Assembly: GCA_964480345.1 (NCBI GenBank)
Contig: CAYZNW010000003.1
Location: 45,493-109,492 of the forward strand
DNA length: 64,000 bases
Direction of reading: 5' to 3'
Origin: an uncultured Candidatus Saccharibacteria bacterium
GTDB lineage: Bacteria > Patescibacteriota > Dojkabacteria > SC72
Under the pieces are notes generated by a model. That model was not told the DNA's origin and made no database searches. It saw only the letters and a program-made list of their open reading frames with translations. Positions 29,704 to 38,697 of the stretch are shown piece by piece. Position 1 is the first letter of the stretch, and each line of letters starts with the position of its first letter. Both the position numbers and the translations under genes were made by a program.

Positions 29704-31614
29704 TTAAATATCTAACTTAGCTTTGTTTGCATATGTTTGAATAAACCTTCTCCTTGGAGGAACTTCATTTCCCATTAACATTTCAAATATCTTCTCTGCT
29801 TCCTCGCCATCTTCTATATGTACTTGCTTTAACACTCTTTCCTCAGGATCCATTGTTGTTTCTCGCAACTGGTCTGGATTCATCTCTCCTAGTCCTTTAA
29901 ATCTATTCTCTATGGGGGCTTTACCTTCCATTTTAGCTTTCTGTACAAACGCAATTTTCTCTTCATCGTTTAAGAAGTAATATTTCTTTTTTCCTATTTC
30001 TACTTTATGTAGAGGAGGTTGAGCAACATATACATACCCCTTCTCTATCAAAGGTCTGAAAAATCTAAAGAGAAGTGTAAGAACAAGAGTTGTAATATGC
30101 AATCCGTCTACATCAGCATCACTCATTATGATAATTTTGTGATATCGAAGTTTTGAAATATCAAGAGTATCACCGATTCCTACCCCTAATGCTGTAGTTA
30201 TATCATTGAATTCATTATTTGAAAGTACCCTATCAACTCTGTATTTATGGGTATTTAGAATCTTACCTCTAAGAGGCAAAATAGCTTGAGTATGTCTATC
30301 CCTACCCTGTTTTGCCGAACCACCTGCAGAATCTCCCTCTACAATGAAAAGTTCACTTTCTGCTGGATCTTTGCTTGTACAATCTGCTAATTTACCAGGT
30401 AAAGTTGTTGTTTCTAAAGCATTTTTTCTAATTACAGCATCTCTAGCTGCCTTTGCTGCAGCTTTAGCTTTATTTGCTAGTACTGCCTTACCTATGATGT
30501 TCTTTGCTTCTTGTGGATGCTCATCAAAATATGTAAGAAGCTCATCTCTAACTACTCTTGAAACTATACTTTTAACTTCTGGATTATTTAATTTGATCTT
30601 TGTTTGTCCTTCAAATTGTGGATCTGGTACTTTTACAGAAACAACAGCAGTCAGACCCTCACGAACATCTTCTCCACTCAATGTACCATTGAGTCCCTTT
30701 AGTAATTCAGCTTTCTGAGCATATGTGTTAATTGCACTAGTAATTGCAGTTCTGAAACCAATTAAGTGAGTACCTCCCTCTGGATTAATGATGTTATTTG
30801 TATAGCATCTAACATCTTCGTCCATTTCATCAGTATATTGTAGTGCAACTTCTACCATCACATCTCCATCCTGTTTGTTCATATAGAAAGGCTCATCCCC
30901 TATAACTTTGTTATCGATATCCAAGAATTTAACATATGATTTAATACCATCTTCAAAATACAAATCATATGTTTTACCCTCTTTTTTTGAATTATCTGTA
31001 ACTGAAATTCGCAAACCAGCAGTCAAATATGCATGTTGCCTACATCTTTTAACTATTGTGACAAAATCAAATTCTGTGGTAGAGAAGATCTCAGGGTCTG
31101 GTAGAAATGTGTGTTGCGTACCTGTTTCTTTAGAATCGCCTATCTTTTCTACTGGCTTTACTGGCACACCTCGCTCATATTTTTGTTCATATATACCACC
31201 ATCTCTAGTTACTCTAGTAATCATCCATTTTGAAAGTGCATTAGTACATTTCATACCTACACCGTGTAATCCTCCTGACACCTTGTAGGCTCCCTGATCA
31301 AACTTACCTCCTGCATGCAAATTAGTCATAACTGTTTCCAATGTTGAAACCTTTGTTTCCGAGTGGATATCTACAGGAATACCTCTACCATTATCTCTTA
31401 CAGTTAAAGAGCCATCATCATTTAAAACAACCCATATGTGCGAACAGAAGCCTGCTATTGCTTCATCTACAGAGTTATCAAGAATCTCAGTAAATATATG
31501 GTGAAGACCGTGAGTATCTGTAGAACCAATATACATAGCTGGCCTTTTTCTGACAGCTTCTAATCCTTTGAGCACTTGAATATTTGATGCACCGTAACTT
31601 GAATCTTTACTCAT
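29704..31614 (-). CDS. gyrB: DNA gyrase subunit B
   Basis: GHKL ATPase 'LHHIFTEILDNSVDEA'; Toprim 'EGDSAGGSAKQGRDR'; 'PLRGKILN'. Confidence 0.95.
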   Translation of the reverse strand: MSKDSSYGASNIQVLKGLEAVRKRPAMYIGSTDTHGLHHIFTEILDNSVDEAIAGFCSHIWVVLNDDGSLTVRDNGRGIPVDIHSETKVSTLETVMTNLHAGGKFDQGAYKVSGGLHGVGMKCTNALSKWMITRVTRDGGIYEQKYERGVPVKPVEKIGDSKETGTQHTFLPDPEIFSTTEFDFVTIVKRCRQHAYLTAGLRISVTDNSKKEGKTYDLYFEDGIKSYVKFLDIDNKVIGDEPFYMNKQDGDVMVEVALQYTDEMDEDVRCYTNNIINPEGGTHLIGFRTAITSAINTYAQKAELLKGLNGTLSGEDVREGLTAVVSVKVPDPQFEGQTKIKLNNPEVKSIVSRVVRDELLTYFDEHPQEAKNIIGKAVLANKAKAAAKAARDAVIRKNALETTTLPGKLADCTSKDPAESELFIVEGDSAGGSAKQGRDRHTQAILPLRGKILNTHKYRVDRVLSNNEFNDITTALGVGIGDTLDISKLRYHKIIIMSDADVDGLHITTLVLTLLFRFFRPLIEKGYVYVAQPPLHKVEIGKKKYYFLNDEEKIAFVQKAKMEGKAPIENRFKGLGEMNPDQLRETTMDPEERVLKQVHIEDGEEAEKIFEMLMGNEVPPRRRFIQTYANKAKLDI

Positions 31615-31697
31615 ATTTATTCCGTTATTTGTAAGTAATCTATCAGTTCTTTTTCGTGTCGTATACTCCTATATTATACCATTTATCTCATCTAAAT

Positions 31698-32381
31698 TTA
31701 AGGTAAAACTCTTAAAATCATACCTTCTAATACCAGTTTTCTATTACAATTTGCCATCACCTTTTGTCGAGTGTCATCCACTATCTTTAACGATTCTAAA
31801 ATAGACCTCGAGCTCCCTATGTTACCATTTTTTATTTCTAATTCAAGTTCATCTCTAAAATATTTATCTAGAGAATTGAGAAGCTCTAACGCTAAATCCT
31901 TACTCTCCGAATATTGTTCTACTATTTGAAATTTTTCGAAAACATTTTTATCTGTGAAATCAATCTCTAATTCTGTTGGAGAATCTAACTTACTTTGCGA
32001 ATATATTATCCTTGATCGCGAGCGAATAGTTGGAAGCAGGTTCTTCTCATTGTCGACATAAAGAATATATATCGAATATGCACTGCTCTCTTCTAACATC
32101 TTCAGAAGAGCATTTTGAGATTGTACAGTTAACTTCTCTGCATCTATGATGATGCCAACCTGTAACTCTTCTTGAAAAGGCTTGAAAAGCATCTCTTTTT
32201 GAAAATCTTTTACCTGCTCTATGCCAATACTGTTTTGTTCTACTGGATCTAAGAAATGTATGTCAGGATTTGTGTTTAAGTCATACAGAGTGATATCTCT
32301 TTTGAAAAGTTTAGAAAGCAACGAGAAAAGAGAATCGAAATCGTTTTGCCTCTTAAATTTGTCCACAAGGATGTATGTCAT
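31698..32381 (-). CDS. DNA polymerase III delta'-like clamp-loader subunit lacking a P-loop
   Basis: 'IIDAEKLTVQSQNALLKMLEE' and 'LLPTIRSRSRIIY' match HolB box VI/sensor motifs; no Walker A. Confidence 0.5.
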   Translation of the reverse strand: MTYILVDKFKRQNDFDSLFSLLSKLFKRDITLYDLNTNPDIHFLDPVEQNSIGIEQVKDFQKEMLFKPFQEELQVGIIIDAEKLTVQSQNALLKMLEESSAYSIYILYVDNEKNLLPTIRSRSRIIYSQSKLDSPTELEIDFTDKNVFEKFQIVEQYSESKDLALELLNSLDKYFRDELELEIKNGNIGSSRSILESLKIVDDTRQKVMANCNRKLVLEGMILRVLP

Positions 32382-32418
32382 GAATATCCATTATACATTA
32401 TTCGCAAGGCCTGCCCTA

Positions 32419-32438
32419 GGTCCGACCTAGGTCGGACC
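32419..32438. repeat. 20-nt GC-rich perfect palindrome GGTCCGACCTAGGTCGGACC
   Basis: It is related to GGTCGGACCTAGGTCCGACC at 26088-26107. Both are preceded by 'CTGCCCTAG'-like sequence. Confidence 0.6.
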
Positions 32439-32447
32439 CATGTATGA

Positions 32448-32480
32448 CAGAAGAGGCGTTTGTCCTCTAGTGTTTTTTCT
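32448..32480 (+). terminator. terminator-like hairpin plus U-tract in the pilB upstream region
   Basis: AGAGG-CGTTTGT-CCTCT followed by AGTGTTTTTTCTG. Confidence 0.4.
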
Positions 32481-32553
32481 GTTGCTGAAATGTTGTTTAT
32501 AGGTCATACTATACCAAGTAAAACTGTCTAACTTTTGAGCAATATATGCTTGA

Positions 32554-34365
32554 ATGGCTATTGGTACATCTCTGCTTAAGTATTTGCAGTCTCAAAATTT
32601 AATTAGTGAGGATGATGCAAGGAAGGTCCTCTTGGAGAGAAGTAGATCGCAAAAAAGCGAAGAAGCTATTATTCGTGATTTAAATGTTGTTCCTGACATA
32701 GATATAGCGAAAGCTAAATCGGCAATATTTGGTATTCCTTTCATTGATATCTCTACTATGAATATTAATGAAAGTATCATAGCGGAAGTTCCAATCGACA
32801 ACTTAAATAAATACAAAGCTGTCCCATTTGAACGAGGTCAAGATTATGTAAAGATTGCTATGGAGGATCCTTTTGATATCCAAGCAACTCAGGTACTTGG
32901 TACAAAATATCCAAAAGGGACAAAGATAGAAGTATATATTACTACTGGAGATGCAGTTAGGAATATTTTAGACAGAAGGGTTGGTGATATGATGTCTTCC
33001 GAAGTAAGTGATGCGTTGGAAGACGCCGACGTTGGAGGCACAGTTACAGATATTACTGAAGATCCAAATCTGTTTGGAAGTACCAATATTTCAGCTGCAC
33101 CTGTTGCTAGAATTGTTAACTCAATTTTGCAGTATGCAGTTACCTCTAAGGCTTCTGATGTGCATGTTGAGCCTATGGAGAAGAAAGTGCGAGTCAGATT
33201 TAGAATTAACGGTGTAATGACAGAAAGATTATCTCTTCCAAAAAGTCTGAATGCAGCAGTTGTTTCTAGGATCAAAATTCTTTCAAATCTAAAAATTGAT
33301 GAAAGAAGAGTGCCACAGGATGGTCGTTTTCAGATTAAAGTTGCTAATACTAAAGTAGACTTAAGAATCTCTGTAATGCCAACTATTCATGGGGAGAAAG
33401 TAGTAATGAGGTTGCTAGAATCTGAAAACAACGATATTACTCTTGAGAGTACAGGTATTCGAGGAAATGCTTACAAAATTTTTGTAGATGCTCTTTCTGT
33501 TACAAACGGTATTGTTCTTGTTACTGGTCCTACAGGTAGTGGTAAAACAAGAACATTAGCTTGCTCATTGATTAAAGTAAATGATCCCACAGTAAATATC
33601 ATTTCATTGGAAAATCCTGTTGAGATTAGAATTCCTGGCGTAACTCAGGTACAGATAAACCCTGATGTAGGGCTTACATTTGCATATGGTCTACGATCTG
33701 TTTTACGACAAGACCCTGATATCGTAATGGTTGGAGAGATTCGAGACGAGGAAACAGCACAACTCGCTGTTCAAGCATCTCTTACTGGTCACCTAGTATT
33801 ATCTACTCTACACACGAACAGTGCAGCAGCAGCTATACCAAGACTTATGGATATGGGAATAGAACCGTATTTACTTGCTTCAACTATACGAGCTGTAGCA
33901 GGTCAAAGACTTCCTCGTACTATTTGCAAGGAGTGTATAGAAGCGTACCCTGCTACTCAAGAAGTCATAGAAAATATTAAGGAAGTGATGCAAGGAGCAG
34001 GCAACTTTGATTTAGTCACATATATTAACAGAGTGTTAGCATCTAGAAATATTGAAGGTTCTAAAGTTAGCCCTGCTATGAAAGCACCTGAAACAGGTCC
34101 TGATGGAAATGAGATAATATATCTGTATAAAGGGAAAGGTTGTGATAAGTGTGGAGGTTCGGGATATGCTGGGCGAACAGGTATATTTGAAGTTTTAGAT
34201 GTAACAGAAAATATTAGCAGAATGATTATGGAAAATGTTACCGCAGATGATATTGAGAAAGTAGCTATGAATCAAGGTATGATTACAATGATTCAAGATG
34301 GTTATCTAAAGGCATTAGAAGGTATTACTACCCTAGAAGAGGTTCTAAGGGTTTCAAAAGAATAA
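32554..34365 (+). CDS. pilB: type IV pilus assembly ATPase PilB (GspE family)
   Basis: Walker A 'VTGPTGSGKT'; tetracysteine 'CKEC...CDKCGGSG'; N-terminal T2SSE_N-like domain. Confidence 0.9.
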   Translation: MAIGTSLLKYLQSQNLISEDDARKVLLERSRSQKSEEAIIRDLNVVPDIDIAKAKSAIFGIPFIDISTMNINESIIAEVPIDNLNKYKAVPFERGQDYVKIAMEDPFDIQATQVLGTKYPKGTKIEVYITTGDAVRNILDRRVGDMMSSEVSDALEDADVGGTVTDITEDPNLFGSTNISAAPVARIVNSILQYAVTSKASDVHVEPMEKKVRVRFRINGVMTERLSLPKSLNAAVVSRIKILSNLKIDERRVPQDGRFQIKVANTKVDLRISVMPTIHGEKVVMRLLESENNDITLESTGIRGNAYKIFVDALSVTNGIVLVTGPTGSGKTRTLACSLIKVNDPTVNIISLENPVEIRIPGVTQVQINPDVGLTFAYGLRSVLRQDPDIVMVGEIRDEETAQLAVQASLTGHLVLSTLHTNSAAAAIPRLMDMGIEPYLLASTIRAVAGQRLPRTICKECIEAYPATQEVIENIKEVMQGAGNFDLVTYINRVLASRNIEGSKVSPAMKAPETGPDGNEIIYLYKGKGCDKCGGSGYAGRTGIFEVLDVTENISRMIMENVTADDIEKVAMNQGMITMIQDGYLKALEGITTLEEVLRVSKE

Positions 34366-34388
34366 ATTTTTGGTATAACTAAATAGAT

Positions 34389-36002
34389 ATGGAAGACACT
34401 GCCCAAAATACAATACAAAATAATGTGCCAGTACAGCCAGTAGCTCCTACTCCAGTTGTGAATAGTACGGTTACCTCTACTGCACCTCAGACTCCTGCTC
34501 CACAGCAAGTAGAAAGCAAAGGTGTAGAAGAAAGCCAAGATGAAAGACTAGCACAGTTAAGACAAAGTTTAAATGATTTACTAGATAATGAGAGTACAGC
34601 ACCACAGCAAAATGCTGCCCCTACTCCTCCTGTCGTTGAACAAAGTGTACCAGTACAACAATATTCGCAAACAGTAAATCCTCTTCCTGGTATTCAGACA
34701 AGTGTGAATAATGAAGAGAAAGATCTTTCAGAAGCAGTAAATTCTGTTACTGATGATATACCATCATCAACTCCACAACCTACAATTGCTCCTGATACGC
34801 CACTCAAAGAGGTAATCCCAGATGAGATTAAACCGAAAGCTATGATTAGAGATCCTAAGCCAAATAACCTTGCGACTCCTGTTGTATCTCCGGCTGACAG
34901 TGATGAGACAATATCTGGCAGCAATACTACTACAAACGCCAATTTAACAATAGAGAAACTTCTTGCTGAGGCTATAAATCGAAGTGCTTCAGACTTACAT
35001 ATATCAGTTGGATATCCACCAATCCTAAGACTAGATGGTGTTCTTGTTGATATGGAAGAGAAAGTCCTTGCTCCTGAAGATGTTGAGCAACTCATCTTCT
35101 CTGTATTAAGTGATGAGAAGAAAGAGCTACTTGAAGTTAATAGAGAGATAGATTTCGCCTATTTGTTTAATGGATCCGTCACTGCTCGATTTAGAGTAAA
35201 TGCATACTACTCTATGAAAAATCTCTCCGCAGCATTTAGACTAATTCCTTCAAGAGTACGAACAATAGAAGAGCTTATGCTTCCATCTATATACCACCAA
35301 TTAACCAAATTAAAACAGGGATTAGTTTTAGTCACAGGTCCAACAGGACACGGTAAAAGTACTACACTTGCTGCTATGCTTGAAGATATTAATAGAACAA
35401 GATTTAGCCATATTGTAACCATAGAAGATCCAGTAGAGTATGTATTTGAAGGAAAGAAAGCATTGATTGACCAAAGAGAAATGAACGATGATACTCTCTC
35501 TTGGAATATAGCACTGCGAAGCGCACTGCGACAAGATCCTGATGTTATTCTTGTAGGAGAAATGAGAGATTACGAAACAATTGCAGCAGCAATTACTCTT
35601 GCTGAAACAGGACATTTAGTATTTGCGACCTTACACACTAACAGTGCTGCTCAAACAGTAGATAGAATCATTGATGTATTCCCAGAAAACCAACAGCAAC
35701 AAATTCGAGCTCAAATAGCTAACACTTTAGAAGCAGTTGTAGCACAAAGATTAGTACCTCTTGATAAAGGAGGAAGAAGAGCAGTATCAGAAATCATGCT
35801 TAACAACTCTGCTATTGCAAACCTTATTCGTGAAGGTAAAACTCATCAAATAGATAATGTCATTAGAACAAGCTCTGATGTTGGTATGGTATATCTAGAG
35901 AAAGCTCTTGTAGGACTTGTACGAGAAGGAGTCATATCTGTACAGAAAGCACAAGAGTATGCAGTTCACCCAGAAGAAGTTTTAAGATTATTAAAAAATT
36001 AA
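34389..36002 (+). CDS. pilT: type IV pilus retraction ATPase PilT with a ~190-aa Pro/Gln/Thr-rich N-terminal extension
   Basis: 'LVTGPTGHGKSTT', 'GEMRDYETI', 'TGHLVFATLHTNSAAQTVDRI'. Confidence 0.85.
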   Translation: MEDTAQNTIQNNVPVQPVAPTPVVNSTVTSTAPQTPAPQQVESKGVEESQDERLAQLRQSLNDLLDNESTAPQQNAAPTPPVVEQSVPVQQYSQTVNPLPGIQTSVNNEEKDLSEAVNSVTDDIPSSTPQPTIAPDTPLKEVIPDEIKPKAMIRDPKPNNLATPVVSPADSDETISGSNTTTNANLTIEKLLAEAINRSASDLHISVGYPPILRLDGVLVDMEEKVLAPEDVEQLIFSVLSDEKKELLEVNREIDFAYLFNGSVTARFRVNAYYSMKNLSAAFRLIPSRVRTIEELMLPSIYHQLTKLKQGLVLVTGPTGHGKSTTLAAMLEDINRTRFSHIVTIEDPVEYVFEGKKALIDQREMNDDTLSWNIALRSALRQDPDVILVGEMRDYETIAAAITLAETGHLVFATLHTNSAAQTVDRIIDVFPENQQQQIRAQIANTLEAVVAQRLVPLDKGGRRAVSEIMLNNSAIANLIREGKTHQIDNVIRTSSDVGMVYLEKALVGLVREGVISVQKAQEYAVHPEEVLRLLKN

Positions 36003-36005
36003 TAA

Positions 36006-37217
36006 ATGAAGAAATTTAAATACTCAGCAAGAGATAACAGAGGACAAGTGATAGAAGGTGAATTAGAGGCAAAAGATATTGAATCAGTATCAGATATTTT
36101 GCATGACAAAGGATTAGTAACTGTCTCTGTCAAGGAAGGCTCAGGATTTGATTTACAGAAACTAAATGAGATAAATATTGGTGGTGTTCCGATGAAAGAT
36201 AAGGTGGTCTTCATGAGACAGATGTCAACAATGGTTGGTGCTGGTCTACCACTTACTAGAGCATTAGAGATTATGGTTCAACAAGCAAGTAATCCCAAAT
36301 TTAGAAAAGTATTACAAAGTGTTTTGCAATCTGTTGAGTCAGGTAAAACATTAGCGAACTCATTTAGAGAGCAGGAAGAGGTATTTGATAATATTACTGT
36401 TAATCTAATAGAAGCAGGAGAAGAAAGTGGTAACTTAGAAGTTATTTTAGAGAAGCTAGCTACTGAGCTTGAAGAAAGCCAATCTTTATCAAACAAAATT
36501 AGATCAGCGATGATATACCCAGCAATCATTCTTCTGGTTATCATAGGTGTAATCTTAATGATGATGTTTGTCTTAGTCCCATCTATGGCAGAGATATACA
36601 AAGATTTCGATGCAGAACTACCATGGACGACAAGATTCCTTATGAGTATGAGCTCCTTTTTCTTGAACTACTGGTGGGCTATATTAATAGTGATAATCTC
36701 ATTAGCATTAGGTATCAAATACTATCTTGGAACTGAAGCAGGAAGAGCTAACTTTGATAGATTGATATTAAAGGTTCCTGTTGTAGGTCCTATTATTTCT
36801 AAAATACAGCTTTCTCAATTTACTAGAATCTTAGCCTTACTATTAGGTAGTGGATTATCCATTATTAAGGCATTGGAATTAACAGCACAATCATTAAGTA
36901 ACTCAGAATATAGAGGTACAGTTTTAACAGCAAGAGATGAAGTCGAAAAGGGAGGAACATTGGCTCTCCCTATTGCTAGGAGTCCACACTTCCCTCTTCT
37001 AGTAAGTAGTATGATTTCAGTTGGAGAGGAAACAGGAGAGATAGATAATGTATTGAACAAAGTATCTGAATACTACAAAGAAGAGGTAGATACTGCAACA
37101 TCTAACATGTCTACGATTTTAGAGCCTCTGTTCTTAATTATCATGGGCTTAGCAATCGGATTTATTGCTCTAGCAGTGTACATGCCTATGTTCCAATTAT
37201 CCTCTGCTATTGGATAA
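36006..37217 (+). CDS. pilC: type IV pilus platform protein PilC (GspF family)
   Basis: Two GspF repeats; three TM segments. Confidence 0.9.
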   Translation: MKKFKYSARDNRGQVIEGELEAKDIESVSDILHDKGLVTVSVKEGSGFDLQKLNEINIGGVPMKDKVVFMRQMSTMVGAGLPLTRALEIMVQQASNPKFRKVLQSVLQSVESGKTLANSFREQEEVFDNITVNLIEAGEESGNLEVILEKLATELEESQSLSNKIRSAMIYPAIILLVIIGVILMMMFVLVPSMAEIYKDFDAELPWTTRFLMSMSSFFLNYWWAILIVIISLALGIKYYLGTEAGRANFDRLILKVPVVGPIISKIQLSQFTRILALLLGSGLSIIKALELTAQSLSNSEYRGTVLTARDEVEKGGTLALPIARSPHFPLLVSSMISVGEETGEIDNVLNKVSEYYKEEVDTATSNMSTILEPLFLIIMGLAIGFIALAVYMPMFQLSSAIG

Positions 37218-37288
37218 TTCATTGCTTGACATATCAATCAAAGTTCTGTAATTTATAAGTAATTAATTTGTTACTGTCTCTATTATTT

Positions 37289-37858
37289 ATGAAGAAGACT
37301 TCATACAAGGCATTCACATTGATTGAAATGCTTATCGTTATGGGTATCATTATCATTCTTATGGTAGTTGGTATAAGTGCGGCTAGGTTCGCTATTAACA
37401 GGGCAAATGATATTGCTCATCAAAATGCTGTTACTCAGATATTCCAAGCTTTAATGGCTTACTACACAGATAATAGACAGTATCCAGTTGCTCAAAATGT
37501 TCAGACATTGATAGGTACACCAGGAAATACCTCAGCTCCATTAAATAAATATATGAACGAGGGTTCATTTAAGGGTGGTACTCCAGCAAGTTATATATAT
37601 ATGGTAGATGATATACATCAGTCAGTTGCGGTTTGTGTTACATTAGGTGGTGTTAATGATGAAGCAGATAGGGGAATCTTCTGTGATGGTAATGCATTTG
37701 GAAGCCCTGAGCTAGAAACCCCAGTACAAGGTCCTTCCTTCACAAAGAAAGGAACTCTTGACTCTGAAGTGGATGAGCAAGTTTACGGGCTATTAAAAGG
37801 TTATACAGATGGTACATCTAACTGGTATGGAGATTCTACTGGTTGGACACAGAACTAA
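37289..37858 (+). CDS. type IV pilin (putative major pilin), prepilin leader MKKTSYKA|FTLIEML
   Basis: Class III signal with Glu+5 and a hydrophobic N-terminal helix; the ORF track starts at an upstream TTG (37268). Confidence 0.8.
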   Translation: MKKTSYKAFTLIEMLIVMGIIIILMVVGISAARFAINRANDIAHQNAVTQIFQALMAYYTDNRQYPVAQNVQTLIGTPGNTSAPLNKYMNEGSFKGGTPASYIYMVDDIHQSVAVCVTLGGVNDEADRGIFCDGNAFGSPELETPVQGPSFTKKGTLDSEVDEQVYGLLKGYTDGTSNWYGDSTGWTQN

Positions 37859-37883
37859 TAGCATGAGTGCTTAGTTGAAAATG

Positions 37884-37913
37884 AACCCCTCTTTTTAGAG
37901 GGGTTTTTCTTTT
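37884..37913 (+). terminator. rho-independent terminator
   Basis: CCCCTCT-TTTTAG-AGGGG followed by TTTTTCTTTT. Confidence 0.8.
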
Positions 37914-37935
37914 ATGTATATGATAATATATTCTC

Positions 37936-38697
37936 ATGTTTGTAATATATAGTTCTATATTTTTTCTAGGTGCATCTCTTGCCAGTTTTATTAATGCTAC
38001 TCTGTATAGGATTGATAACAAGAAAGAGTTTAAGAATAATTGGAGGACAATAGCCAGAAGAAACTCTTACTGTGAGAACTGTAAAAAAGAGCTTAATTGG
38101 ATAGAGCTATTCCCTATTGTTGGTTATTTAATATATGGAGGTAAATGTTCTAAATGTAGAAAATCTATAAATATCTATTATCCAATCTCTGAGTTTATAT
38201 TGGGAGTTTCTACTCTACTCTTCTATTTAAACAGTGTTCCTTTTTATCTTTATATAATTCTGATTTTTCTGTTTATACTTTCCTACTATGATTATATATA
38301 TAAAGCGGTACCGAAGAGTTTAGTTCATGTGTTTTTAGGTATATCGATTTTGTTTTTTATTGTTTTTAATTTCAGTTTAATTACTTTGGTAATAGTTCTA
38401 TCTTTAGCTATATCTCTATTGATTCTATCTGCTTTAATGAAAAAATCTTTTGGATTAGGAGATGTTTTAATATTAATAGGGCTTGGTATTGTAATGTCTT
38501 ACAAAAGCTTTTTAGTTATGTTTTGGATTGGAATATTACTAGCCCTACTCTGTTCTATAGTTTATTCTATATTGAAAAAAAGAGATTTGAGGAAGATAAA
38601 GATTCCTATGATTCCATTTTTTACGATTTCATTTCTGATTACGTGTATATATGGGTTACATATATATGATTTACTAACTAACTGGTTATCTACTTAG
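37936..38697 (+). CDS. pilD: prepilin peptidase (A24 family, PilD)
   Basis: N-terminal Zn ribbon 'CENC...CSKC'; polytopic; 'GLGDVLILIGLG' catalytic Asp region. Confidence 0.8.
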   Translation: MFVIYSSIFFLGASLASFINATLYRIDNKKEFKNNWRTIARRNSYCENCKKELNWIELFPIVGYLIYGGKCSKCRKSINIYYPISEFILGVSTLLFYLNSVPFYLYIILIFLFILSYYDYIYKAVPKSLVHVFLGISILFFIVFNFSLITLVIVLSLAISLLILSALMKKSFGLGDVLILIGLGIVMSYKSFLVMFWIGILLALLCSIVYSILKKRDLRKIKIPMIPFFTISFLITCIYGLHIYDLLTNWLST

